A stretch of 24,512 nt of DNA from Candidatus Nomurabacteria bacterium (lineage in GTDB: Bacteria > Patescibacteriota > Minisyncoccia > Phycocordibacterales > PALSA-1337): NCBI GenBank assembly GCA_943354625.1, contig CALRCS010000001.1:1-24512 (forward strand), given 5' to 3'. Shown piece after piece: positions 23,962-24,512 of this stretch. The translations under genes were made by a program, and so were the position numbers. The first letter of the stretch is position 1. Each line of letters begins with the position of its first letter. The notes below the pieces were generated by a model. The model was not told where the DNA came from. It did no database searches and saw nothing but the letters and a program-made list of their open reading frames with translations.

Positions 23962-24512
23962 TTAGTCAAAAATAGATACTAAATACGCATCGATATCTCT
24001 TTGATCCATATCATAGAATGTTTTATTTTGATTATGTAAATCAGTTGCAAGCTTTACACCTACGAATCTCCAATGCCACGGTTCAAAAACGTAGAATTTA
24101 TTATCCTTTGGATATGAAAGCACAAAACCAAAATGGTATGCATTATTATTTAGCCAAGTATATGCTTTTGTGCCTTCAAAATTATCAATATTACCATCTA
24201 TTCCAGAAGTTAGAAGATCAACAGTCGTACCGAGCTGATGTTCTGAATATCCTTGATCAGCAGAGAATTGATTTGAAGTTCCAGCTCCATATACAACCTT
24301 GTAACCAGATTTTAATGCTTTTTGTTCATTAAATGATCTATATGCAGAATCTACATATATAGGAATATCTACATTACTAGCATTATCAATCATTTTTTGT
24401 AAAAATGGCCAGGTATCTGTTTGTATTTTTAAGATTTTAGAATCCAAATATTTGTATTTATTAGGTATTTCAATTATTCTTGCGGGGGCATAGTTTTCAT
24501 TTAGAAAAAAGA
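23962..24512 (-). CDS. D-alanyl-D-alanine carboxypeptidase, VanY/peptidase M15B family (5' end outside window)
   Basis: SAYRSF..Q, SADQGYSEHQLGTTVD, EPWHWRF. The frame stays open to the window edge (FFLNENYAPARIIEIPNKYKY...). Confidence 0.9.
   Translation of the reverse strand, partial: FFLNENYAPARIIEIPNKYKYLDSKILKIQTDTWPFLQKMIDNASNVDIPIYVDSAYRSFNEQKALKSGYKVVYGAGTSNQFSADQGYSEHQLGTTVDLLTSGIDGNIDNFEGTKAYTWLNNNAYHFGFVLSYPKDNKFYVFEPWHWRFVGVKLATDLHNQNKTFYDMDQRDIDAYLVSIFD

Noticed and set aside
2296-24332. Numerous 60-118-aa shadow ORFs in the ORF track (e.g. 3384-3740 -, 4413-4625 +, 10400-10636 -, 17188-17523 -, 20840-21142 -, 24018-24332 +)
   Set aside because: They overlap well-supported genes in another frame or strand and have no motifs or start signals.
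1-24512. Alternative genetic code (UGA=Gly, code 25) as seen in some CPR lineages
   Set aside because: prfB is present, TGA terminates ftsE and others at the expected lengths, and conserved genes are intact under code 11.

Overview
AT-rich bacterial chromosomal window. Gene content and style (short SecA, orphan single-TM histidine kinase, SWIB protein, many tiny genes) suggest a Patescibacteria/CPR (Parcubacteria-like) genome; this is inference only. Core genes: 3' end of prfB, ftsE-ftsX, pyrG, secA, murB and tRNA-Gln(CTG). After the tRNA comes an accessory run: a frameshifted rdgB/HAM1 pyrophosphatase, an XRE-HTH+DUF4065 (Panacea) antitoxin overlapping an uncharacterised RelE-like candidate toxin, a lone pyrB, HD hydrolase, methyltransferase, MazG-like pyrophosphohydrolase, matrixin, VOC protein, a MacAB-like MFP/permease/ATPase operon, SWIB, ABC-F, NUDIX, GIY-YIG, an HI0933-family flavoprotein and a VanY-like DD-carboxypeptidase cut by the window edge. 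The most interesting items are the Panacea toxin-antitoxin pair and two promoter-led structured RNA candidates (9050-9137 and 22550-22692, both minus strand). Also notable: a 92-nt hairpin in the murB leader, a window-wide leaderless promoter pattern (-10 box 6-7 nt before the start codon), and three small ORFs below the ORF-track cutoff. No CRISPR array, integrase or transposase is visible.
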